Below, in pieces: positions 39,715 through 46,862 of a DNA stretch of 46,862 nt. Within the stretch, counting starts at the first letter, position 1. Each line of letters opens with the position of its first letter. The notes under the pieces were generated by a model. It saw only the letters and a program-made list of their open reading frames with translations. It was not told the origin of the DNA and ran no database searches. A program made the translations under genes and the position numbers. The stretch comes from Gammaproteobacteria bacterium (lineage in GTDB: Bacteria; Pseudomonadota; Gammaproteobacteria; GCA-002705445; GCA-002716945), in contig CBFIBF010000005.1 of the NCBI GenBank assembly GCA_965660795.1, forward strand, positions 1 through 46,862, in the 5' to 3' direction.

Positions 39715-39754
39715 ATACGAGAATTATAATATATTAATATACAAATCTTAATAT

Positions 39755-40642
39755 CTAATTATGTAATTTTTCTAATATTTTATGTATGGCTGATGAATCT
39801 AAATCTGATAAATTTTCTTGTTCTGCTAATTTCATTAATTTCTTTACATGATTTAAACCTTTTAAATTAATTTCCAATTGCTTTGTAAGGTTTTTGGCTA
39901 TCTTTAAATCCTTATGATGGAGAGACAGTTTAAATCCGGGGTTAAAGTCTGAATTAATCATTCTCAAGCCATGGATATCGAGTATTTTGCTATTAGCATA
40001 TCCTGCTAGGAGCGCCTCTCTAATTAGTCTAGGGTCAATATTTGATTTTTTCGCAATATTTATGATTTCACTTATTGATTGAATAGTTTGTGCAACTAAT
40101 ATTTGATTGCACGCCTTGCATACCTGACCTGAGCCACTATCACCGATATATGTAATTTTTTTGCCAACAGCGGCAAGAACATATTTGATTTTTTGATATA
40201 TCTTTTTGTCACCACCAACCATAATTGATAAAGCGCCAGATATCGCACCAGCCTCTCCACCAGATACAGGCGCATCTATGAAATATGAATTCTTTGCACT
40301 TAAGCTAGCATTTATCTCTCTAGCGCCTTGAGGTGAGATAGTGCTCATATCTATAACAATATATCCTTCTCTTATATTATTTATCAAGCCTCTCTTACCT
40401 GTTACTATTTGTTTTACATCTTTGGTATTTGGAAGATTGGTTATAGATAATGATGTGTAGTTAGGAATTTCTTCGATAGCAGAAATAAAAATTCCTCCTG
40501 CAGTTACAACCTCATCAATTATATTTTTTTTTCTAGCAAAGAAGTAAACCTCAAAATTATTTTTGATAAGATTTAAAACCATGGGTTTACCCATGATACC
40601 TAAGCCAATGAAACCAACTTTATATTTTTTACCACTTTTCAT
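39755..40642 (-). CDS. NAD(P)-dependent beta-hydroxyacid dehydrogenase (3-hydroxyisobutyrate / tartronate-semialdehyde reductase family)
   Basis: 295 aa. Rossmann motif VGFIGLGIMG, DAPVSGG, and the catalytic-Lys region GSGQVCKACNQ. Confidence 0.88.
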   Translation of the reverse strand: MKSGKKYKVGFIGLGIMGKPMVLNLIKNNFEVYFFARKKNIIDEVVTAGGIFISAIEEIPNYTSLSITNLPNTKDVKQIVTGKRGLINNIREGYIVIDMSTISPQGAREINASLSAKNSYFIDAPVSGGEAGAISGALSIMVGGDKKIYQKIKYVLAAVGKKITYIGDSGSGQVCKACNQILVAQTIQSISEIINIAKKSNIDPRLIREALLAGYANSKILDIHGLRMINSDFNPGFKLSLHHKDLKIAKNLTKQLEINLKGLNHVKKLMKLAEQENLSDLDSSAIHKILEKLHN

Positions 40643-40644
40643 TA

Positions 40645-41622
40645 ATGATCTATAGTATAATTGAGTATATGATATTTGATTACGTTAAATTCAAAAAATC
40701 TCAACTTTCTACTGAATCACCACTATACTTCATTCACGGAAATCCGAGAAATATAAGTAATGAAATTGAGCATGATATTTTAAATTTCTTTCAAAAATTG
40801 GGCTACAAATCGATGAACTATGTTATTGATGATGATTCCCAAATACAAAAACTTGAGAGTTTATTCAATGAACAATCATTGTTTAATGAGAACAAAATTA
40901 TTATATTGAATATACTATCGAACTCTATTTCTATTAAAATGAAAAGATTTATAGAGACAAGGGTTGAAATATGCACTGATGACAAAATTATCTTAAAATT
41001 AGACCGACAAGCATCATCATTCAAAAAAACTAATTTTTATAAGAAGGTTAGTCAATATGCTTGTGTAATTGAAATATTTGAATTAAAAAACGAAGTTCTC
41101 AAACAATGGTCTCTCAACAAATGTAAAGTTAATAAGGTAGATATAAGCGACTCTGATCTCGAGGAACTTATGAATTCTAATTTTAATAACAGTTTATCAA
41201 TTGCTCAGAATATATACATTCAAAGTCTAATGAATAGCAATCAGCTGTTTCATGGACAAGAGGGGTCTAAGTATTCTGAATATGATTTAGTGGACATGTT
41301 TTTAAGCAGGAATACTCTCGAGTTCATTCGAGCTAGCAACTACCTCAGATCAAATGATACGTCTTTGTCATATATAATATTTCTTTTAAATTCTGAATTA
41401 GAAAAACTTTACTCATTAATTAAACCAGTGAAATATAGACCATATATTCCATCATTCCTATTAAATAAATATTTACAAATCTCTAAAAAATTCTCTCCGG
41501 AAAAAATATTATCTGCAATAAATAATATTGCTACACTTGATGCAAATTCAAAGTACAATCTTAAAAAGTCTAATCCATGGGAGTCTTTTAACTCTATGTT
41601 TTTAGATTTAATGAAAAGTTAG
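40645..41622 (+). CDS. holA: DNA polymerase III delta subunit
   Basis: 325 aa (317 aa if it starts at the ATG at 40669). Divergent, but collinear with E. coli HolA (N-terminal ..LYFIHGN..; length; the position that normally follows lptE). The start is uncertain. Confidence 0.75.
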   Translation: MIYSIIEYMIFDYVKFKKSQLSTESPLYFIHGNPRNISNEIEHDILNFFQKLGYKSMNYVIDDDSQIQKLESLFNEQSLFNENKIIILNILSNSISIKMKRFIETRVEICTDDKIILKLDRQASSFKKTNFYKKVSQYACVIEIFELKNEVLKQWSLNKCKVNKVDISDSDLEELMNSNFNNSLSIAQNIYIQSLMNSNQLFHGQEGSKYSEYDLVDMFLSRNTLEFIRASNYLRSNDTSLSYIIFLLNSELEKLYSLIKPVKYRPYIPSFLLNKYLQISKKFSPEKILSAINNIATLDANSKYNLKKSNPWESFNSMFLDLMKS

Positions 41623-41624
41623 TC

Positions 41625-42890
41625 ATGGATAAATTACAAATCAAGAAATATGTAAATCTGGTTTGCATCAATTCATATAAGGCAAGCAAATTTGCCAGAA
41701 TATTATCTAATACCCATAGAAATATGGTTTTATCTACAATTATTTCAGGGCTTAAAGACAACAAAACTCAAATCTTTAAAAAAAACGCCCTAGATATTAT
41801 AAATGCTAAAAATAATAAAATGTCTGATGCTCTCATTGATAGGCTGCTGATTAATAATAAAAGAATCTTATCAATGGTTGATGGCCTACGAAAAATTAAA
41901 TCTATACCCGATACACTATTTAAAACATCCAACAAGATCAAACAACCTAGCGGCATTACAGTTGAACAAATGAGAGTCCCACTTGGAGTAATAGGAATGA
42001 TTTATGAATCAAGACCTAATGTTACTATTGATTCAGCAGGTTTATCCATTAAATCCGGAAACTGTATTATATTGAGAGGAGGTAGCGAAGCCATTAACTC
42101 TAATTTAATACTCTCAAAGATAATTATGGATTCTCTCAAAAAATGCAATTTACCAAAAGATATGGTTCAGTTGATAAAAACTACTGATAGAGCTGCTGTT
42201 ACTGAGTTACTATCACAAGATCAATATATTGATGTAATAATACCTAGAGGAGGCAAGAGTCTTATTAAAAAAATTTCTAATGAGTCTAAAATTCCTGTAA
42301 TAAAGCATTTAGATGGTAATTGTCATGTATATATTGATGTTGATGCTGAATTCAAAACTGCGATGGATTGTACTATTAATTCAAAAACACAAAGATATGG
42401 GGTGTGCAATGCAGCTGAGTCTTTAATCATACATAAGAAATTTCCTAAATCTCAAACTACAAAAATATTAAATGCTTTGAGCGAACAAGGTGTGGAAATA
42501 AGAGGCTGCAAAGCGACTAAAAGTATTTTTAAAAAAGCGGTTTTAGCAAATGAGGCAGATTGGTACGAGGAATATCTGAAGCCGATTATCTCTGTAAAAA
42601 TTGTTGATAATATCGATGAGGCCATAAATCATATTGAAAAATATGGTAGTAAACACACTGATTCAATAATCACAAAAAATAAATTATCCCAAAGAAAATT
42701 CTTAAGAGAGGTTGACTCAAGTTCAGTTATGATAAACACATCCACACGATTTGCAGATGGCTTCGAATATGGAATGGGAGCAGAGATTGGAATCAGTACA
42801 GATAAAATCCATGCAAGAGGACCAGTTGGTCTTGACGGTCTCACAAATTTAAAATTTGTTGTCACTAGTAAAGGAGTGATTAGAAATTAA
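41625..42890 (+). CDS. proA: Gamma-glutamyl phosphate reductase
   Basis: 421 aa. RVPLGVIGMIYESRPNVT, catalytic Cys in YGVCNAAESL, HTDSIIT. Confidence 0.96.
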   Translation: MDKLQIKKYVNLVCINSYKASKFARILSNTHRNMVLSTIISGLKDNKTQIFKKNALDIINAKNNKMSDALIDRLLINNKRILSMVDGLRKIKSIPDTLFKTSNKIKQPSGITVEQMRVPLGVIGMIYESRPNVTIDSAGLSIKSGNCIILRGGSEAINSNLILSKIIMDSLKKCNLPKDMVQLIKTTDRAAVTELLSQDQYIDVIIPRGGKSLIKKISNESKIPVIKHLDGNCHVYIDVDAEFKTAMDCTINSKTQRYGVCNAAESLIIHKKFPKSQTTKILNALSEQGVEIRGCKATKSIFKKAVLANEADWYEEYLKPIISVKIVDNIDEAINHIEKYGSKHTDSIITKNKLSQRKFLREVDSSSVMINTSTRFADGFEYGMGAEIGISTDKIHARGPVGLDGLTNLKFVVTSKGVIRN

Positions 42891-43515
42891 AAAAAATAAC
42901 ATAGGAATATATCTTGGCTCTTTTGATCCAGTGCACACAGCGCACATTAATATTCCTCTTCAACTCAAAGATGATTATAGTCTCGAGAAAATAATATTTG
43001 TCCCAACTGGTACATCACCTGTAGGTAAAACCTTTAAAGCAACTTGCAGCGATAGGGTTGCAATGTTAATAAATGCAACCAAGAGGTATAGTTTTTTTGA
43101 TGTTAGTGAGTATGAAATAAATTCATCAGGACCTTCTTTTTCAATAGATACGGTACAGCATTTTAAAAAAAAATATTGTAATTCACGCATTAGATTACTG
43201 ATAGGAGAAGATAATTTTACTGGTTTCAATAACTGGTTTAAGTATGAGCAGATATTACTTATTACTAATATAATTGTTCTGGCTAGAAACGATGTCCCTA
43301 AATATGGTAGCATAGAGGCATTGAACAGATGCGTCGAAAAGGATATTGACTCGTTTAACAGAGCTGAAGCAAATAAAATACACTTCTCTGCTAAGTATAA
43401 AATTGATATTTCATCTACCATGATAAGAAAAAATCTTCTTGAAAATAAATCGATACAAGAATCTGTCTGTAATGAAGTCTATGAATATATTAGAAAGAAA
43501 GGTTTATACAAATGA
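42886..43515 (+). CDS. nadD: Nicotinate-nucleotide adenylyltransferase, probable ATT start
   Basis: The track ORF starts at GTG 42931, inside the conserved nucleotidyltransferase motif. The same frame is open from 42880 and encodes IGIYLGSFDPVHTAH. The only plausible initiator is ATT at 42886, 9 nt after AAGGAG (42871-42876). That gives 209 aa against 213 in E. coli. Confidence 0.8.
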   Translation: MKKNNIGIYLGSFDPVHTAHINIPLQLKDDYSLEKIIFVPTGTSPVGKTFKATCSDRVAMLINATKRYSFFDVSEYEINSSGPSFSIDTVQHFKKKYCNSRIRLLIGEDNFTGFNNWFKYEQILLITNIIVLARNDVPKYGSIEALNRCVEKDIDSFNRAEANKIHFSAKYKIDISSTMIRKNLLENKSIQESVCNEVYEYIRKKGLYK

Positions 43516-43847
43516 TACTTAATGACGAAATAAGCCTTCTACTTGAAGAGTACAAAGCAGAAAATGTAATTAAACTAGATGTCAAAGATAAGTCTTCCAT
43601 AACTGATACAATGATAATTGCTTCTGGTAGATCAACTAGGCATGTAAAATCTATTGCTGATAATATTATCAAGAAACTTAAGAAGATAAAAGTCAAGCCT
43701 CTTGGTATTGAGGGTTATGCTAAATCTGAGTGGGTGCTCATAGATTTTGGTGACGTGCTAGTTCACGTAATGCATCCAGATGCAAGAGAATTTTACTCTC
43801 TCGAAAAATTATGGGACGAAAGTATAAATAACGAACAAATGGTTTGA
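43512..43847 (+). CDS. rsfS: Ribosomal silencing factor RsfS
   Basis: 111 aa. DTMIIASGRSTRHVKSIAD...WVLIDFGDVLVHVM..DAREFYSLEKLW. Follows nadD, as in most proteobacteria. Confidence 0.94.
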   Translation: MILNDEISLLLEEYKAENVIKLDVKDKSSITDTMIIASGRSTRHVKSIADNIIKKLKKIKVKPLGIEGYAKSEWVLIDFGDVLVHVMHPDAREFYSLEKLWDESINNEQMV

Positions 43848-43849
43848 GA

Positions 43850-46831
43850 ATGCCAAAGATAATTAGAGCTTTCACGAATTTAATTCTAATTATTCTTTTA
43901 CTTTTCTCTGTAGTTAAAATATATACAGAACGTTCGTTTTCTCTCAGTGAAAAGCTCACTAATATTATATTATCTAATATAGAAACTGTTTTTGAGGTTG
44001 ATGCTAATATTGAATCAACCAATATTCAATGGCGAGGATTTACTCCCGTCATATATATCCAAAATATTTCATTGCGAGATAGTCAAAAAAACATCACCTT
44101 GTTTATTCCCAGCAGTGAAATTGAATTAAATACACTTAAAACACTAAAAACTCAAAAAATAATTTTCAATCAAGTCACTCTAAACAAAACAAAGATAGAT
44201 TTAAAGCATAGTAAAAAAAATATAATTATTAATAATAAAGTTATAAATAAAAGTACCGCTGATTTAGAAAATGATTTTTTACCTGAAATTATACTAAATG
44301 ACTCATCTGTAAATTTTACAAACATTGAAACAATGCAGTCTGCTTCATTTGAAATCAAAAATCTTAGGCTAACTTATTCACAAAAAGATATTAATATTTC
44401 ATCAATATTTTATCATTCATCGAGTTCAAACCCGATTACTCTTCGTTATAGAGGAGATTACGATAATAACTCTCTTGAAAGTAAATTATATCTTAGTGCT
44501 AATTCTGTAAGTATTCCGTATTCATTATTACCTGCCTATTTCCCAAAAATTGAATCGGATAATGTGACCATGCGTGTATGGCTAACATTATTGAATGATA
44601 AAATTACTAGAGCTACAGGTAATATTTCTACTGACCGACTCAATATTGAAATAAATAACTCGAAAGTCGATCTGAGTAATATTAATAGCGATGTTCTCTA
44701 TATAAATGATAGTGATTCAGAAACTCTTAGTTTGATGCGAACGAATTATATAATCAATAATAAGGAAACTAAAAATAATAAGCTAGTGATTAATAAGGAT
44801 GACAAAGACAATATTAAATTATTTATTGGAAAGGCTGATAGAGAAATCATTCGAGAGGTATATCAGATACTTGATTTAGAAAAACTTAATATTGACAAAG
44901 GACTGCTGGCTAGCAATATCAACAATGTACAGGTTCACAAAAACAATATGAATAGCTTAGATTATTTCAGTTTATCTATTGAGAATCTAAACATGAAATT
45001 AGAAGATGATTATACTTTAGAAAAAGTCAAAGCAGATATCCATGGAAATCTAAGTAAAGCATTTTTGAGGATAAAAGATTCATCTTTGAATAGCCATGGC
45101 TCTGTTTTACTAAACGGTATTTCTGGCGATGTTTCATTTATGACTAAAGGAAAGTCAATTTATTTTAGTAGTTCTGATATCAAAAATCATCAGGGGCACA
45201 CTTTATCTTTTAGTGGTAGGAAAGTTTCTAAATCCTTATCTCTAAAATTGAGTCTGACGTCATCTCTAGAAAATATTATGCCTTTATGGGATCCAATTAA
45301 AGAAATGAATGAAGTTGAGTTTTCAGGAGATATTAATAGCAAGATATTTTTTCATGGAGAAAAATTATTCTCTAGTAATTATATAACGAATATTTATTTT
45401 AATAACACAGACGACATCTATATTTCTTCACCAAGCCTAAATTTATTTACCTCATCAAATTTAATTTTTTCTAATGATTTTCAAATTTCTGTAAATGATA
45501 ATATATTCAATTCCAAGATACTTACAAATAATAATAAAGAATCAAATAAACTGATTATTTCATCACTTGGTATTGTAGATGCAGATTTCCTCAGAAAGTC
45601 ATTCAATATAGATGATATTATTGAAGGTAAGACTAAAATAAAATCTATAGTAACTTACAATCATACCAAGAATAAACTGTCGTCATTTGTGACAAGTGAT
45701 TTAGAGGGTTTAAATATAAATCTTATTGAACCGTTCAATAAACAAAAAGAACAAAAATCTAACTTTTCACTGAGATATCAGCACTCTCCAAAACCTGATT
45801 ACCCAGTAACTTTAACTTTAGATCAACATTCATTTAGAATAAAAAAAGATAAAAAATATATAACCGCCAATATACGCTCGCCACTTGCAAGAGGTTTCTT
45901 TAAATATCCGATTAACAAAAACAACAACGATTCAATAATTGGCTCATTTGAATATATTGATACTAAATACATGAGTAGTGCTGGTTCAGGTAAATCATTT
46001 CCAGCTCTTAATATTAAATCTAAGTATGTTAAAACTGTGGATGTTGTTTTAGACAATGTTCATTTGATACTAAACCCAAAGGAAGATTTTATTTCTATTG
46101 ATAAATTTAGCTTTAAGAACTTAAATCTAGAGATGAACTCTTCAGGTAAATGGTTTAGATCAAATGAAGAGGTTACCGAGATATCTGCTGATATTAAAAG
46201 TGAAAACTTTGGTCAGGCTCTTGCTGGTCTTGGTTATCCTAAAACACTTAAAGGTGGAACTCTAGCAGCTAAACTAGTTGGAAGATGGAGCGGTTCATTA
46301 GAAGATTTTAGTTTTTCAGCAACTAATGGTGATCTTGATTTTAAAATTATTAATGGTCAAATAAATGAATTAGATAAAGGCACTCAAGCCCTAGGACAAG
46401 TATTAGGACTATTCAGCATCTCATCAATACCTAAGAGACTATCATTAGATTTCTCGGATTTTTTTTCTAGAGGATTGAAATTCGATAATCTAAATTCAAA
46501 AGTATTACTCAATAATGGAATAGCAGATACAAAGAAAATGGTAATTATTGGCAGCTTTGGAGAAATGAGATTATCTGGTAAGTCTGACTTACTAAAAAAA
46601 ACTCATGATCAGACATTAGTTTTCATACCTGATCTATCATCTACGAGTTTAGTCACTGGAGCAGTAATAGGTGGTCCAATTGGTGCTGCAGCATCAATAT
46701 TTTATGATAGACTCCTTAAAGAGTTTGGATTAGACACTAATAAGCTTGCAGGAATTGAGTATTCCATCAAAGGACCATGGGAAAAACCTGAAATTAAAGT
46801 AACCCAATCATTTAAACCTATCCTCAATTAA
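43850..46831 (+). CDS. YhdP/AsmA-like large envelope protein (DUF3971 / AsmA_2 type)
   Basis: 993 aa from the ATG at 43850 (track TTG at 43844). N-terminal TM anchor (IIRAFTNLILIILLLFSVV), long beta-rich N/S/K-rich body, and a C-terminus ...GGPIGAAASIFYDRLLK...YSIKGPWEKPEI typical of YhdP-family proteins. Confidence 0.7.
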   Translation: MPKIIRAFTNLILIILLLFSVVKIYTERSFSLSEKLTNIILSNIETVFEVDANIESTNIQWRGFTPVIYIQNISLRDSQKNITLFIPSSEIELNTLKTLKTQKIIFNQVTLNKTKIDLKHSKKNIIINNKVINKSTADLENDFLPEIILNDSSVNFTNIETMQSASFEIKNLRLTYSQKDINISSIFYHSSSSNPITLRYRGDYDNNSLESKLYLSANSVSIPYSLLPAYFPKIESDNVTMRVWLTLLNDKITRATGNISTDRLNIEINNSKVDLSNINSDVLYINDSDSETLSLMRTNYIINNKETKNNKLVINKDDKDNIKLFIGKADREIIREVYQILDLEKLNIDKGLLASNINNVQVHKNNMNSLDYFSLSIENLNMKLEDDYTLEKVKADIHGNLSKAFLRIKDSSLNSHGSVLLNGISGDVSFMTKGKSIYFSSSDIKNHQGHTLSFSGRKVSKSLSLKLSLTSSLENIMPLWDPIKEMNEVEFSGDINSKIFFHGEKLFSSNYITNIYFNNTDDIYISSPSLNLFTSSNLIFSNDFQISVNDNIFNSKILTNNNKESNKLIISSLGIVDADFLRKSFNIDDIIEGKTKIKSIVTYNHTKNKLSSFVTSDLEGLNINLIEPFNKQKEQKSNFSLRYQHSPKPDYPVTLTLDQHSFRIKKDKKYITANIRSPLARGFFKYPINKNNNDSIIGSFEYIDTKYMSSAGSGKSFPALNIKSKYVKTVDVVLDNVHLILNPKEDFISIDKFSFKNLNLEMNSSGKWFRSNEEVTEISADIKSENFGQALAGLGYPKTLKGGTLAAKLVGRWSGSLEDFSFSATNGDLDFKIINGQINELDKGTQALGQVLGLFSISSIPKRLSLDFSDFFSRGLKFDNLNSKVLLNNGIADTKKMVIIGSFGEMRLSGKSDLLKKTHDQTLVFIPDLSSTSLVTGAVIGGPIGAAASIFYDRLLKEFGLDTNKLAGIEYSIKGPWEKPEIKVTQSFKPILN

Positions 46832-46862
46832 TATATTCTAAATGGATGCCTAAAGTATCTGC

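Noticed and set aside
42975-43421. 148-aa ORF antisense to nadD.
   Set aside because: It is embedded in nadD, has no recognisable motifs and no SD, and looks like a shadow ORF.
46842-46862. Start of a further gene at the window edge (ATG 46846, MPKVS...).
   Set aside because: Only 17 nt are available and the first ATG (46842) hits a stop after 3 codons, so it cannot be supported.
1-46862. Looked for rRNA, tRNA, CRISPR repeats, transposase/integrase genes, phage genes, toxin-antitoxin or defence-system genes, and long direct or inverted repeats.
   Set aside because: None was seen. All intergenic spacers are 153 nt or shorter, and every ORF over 90 aa outside shadow frames is assigned to a housekeeping or metabolic family, apart from the 96-aa orphan.

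Overview
AT-rich (about one-third G+C by eye), very gene-dense chromosomal segment from a streamlined proteobacterium. The gene order (secY-rpmJ-rpsM-rpsK-rpsD-rpoA-rplQ; uvrA/MFS-ssb; miaB-phoH-ybeY-corC-lnt; leuS-lptE-holA; proA-nadD-rsfS) and the E. coli-like RpoC and SecY sequences point to Gamma- (or Beta-) proteobacteria. nt 1-22304 holds the 3' part of rpoB, rpoC, and then the str, S10, spc and alpha ribosomal-protein clusters fused almost without gaps. That block has 28 r-protein genes plus fusA, secY and rpoA. rpmJ is absent from the ORF track but present at 19426-19539, and there is no tuf gene between fusA and rpsJ. nt 22308-34785 holds uvrA (-), MFS transporter-ssb, and miaB-phoH-ybeY-corC-lnt-leuS-lptE. 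nt 34772-40642 is a ~5.9 kb block that interrupts the normally conserved lptE-holA junction. It carries an MBL-fold hydrolase, a small acidic orphan protein, pyrD, a rubrerythrin / HdrD-like Fe-S protein / DUF3501 operon, a cysteine-free Irr-like Fur-family regulator and a beta-hydroxyacid dehydrogenase. nt 40645-46831 holds holA-proA-nadD-rsfS and a YhdP/AsmA-like envelope protein. I saw no rRNA, tRNA, CRISPR array, transposase/integrase or long repeat. The most interesting signal is at the rubrerythrin operon promoter (TTGACA-17-TAGAAT). It is overlapped by a perfect TTTAGAA-N3-TTCTAAA palindrome, which as I recall is the alphaproteobacterial Irr 'ICE' operator. An Irr-like gene lies 2.4 kb downstream and a 16/19 canonical Fur box sits next to pyrD. 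Together these look like a transplanted iron/heme-responsive module controlling an uncharacterised three-gene redox operon. Other notable points: nadD can encode its conserved GxFDPxHxxH motif only if it starts at ATT; L3 carries a ~58-aa acidic tail; convergent genes abut with 3-nt gaps or overlap.
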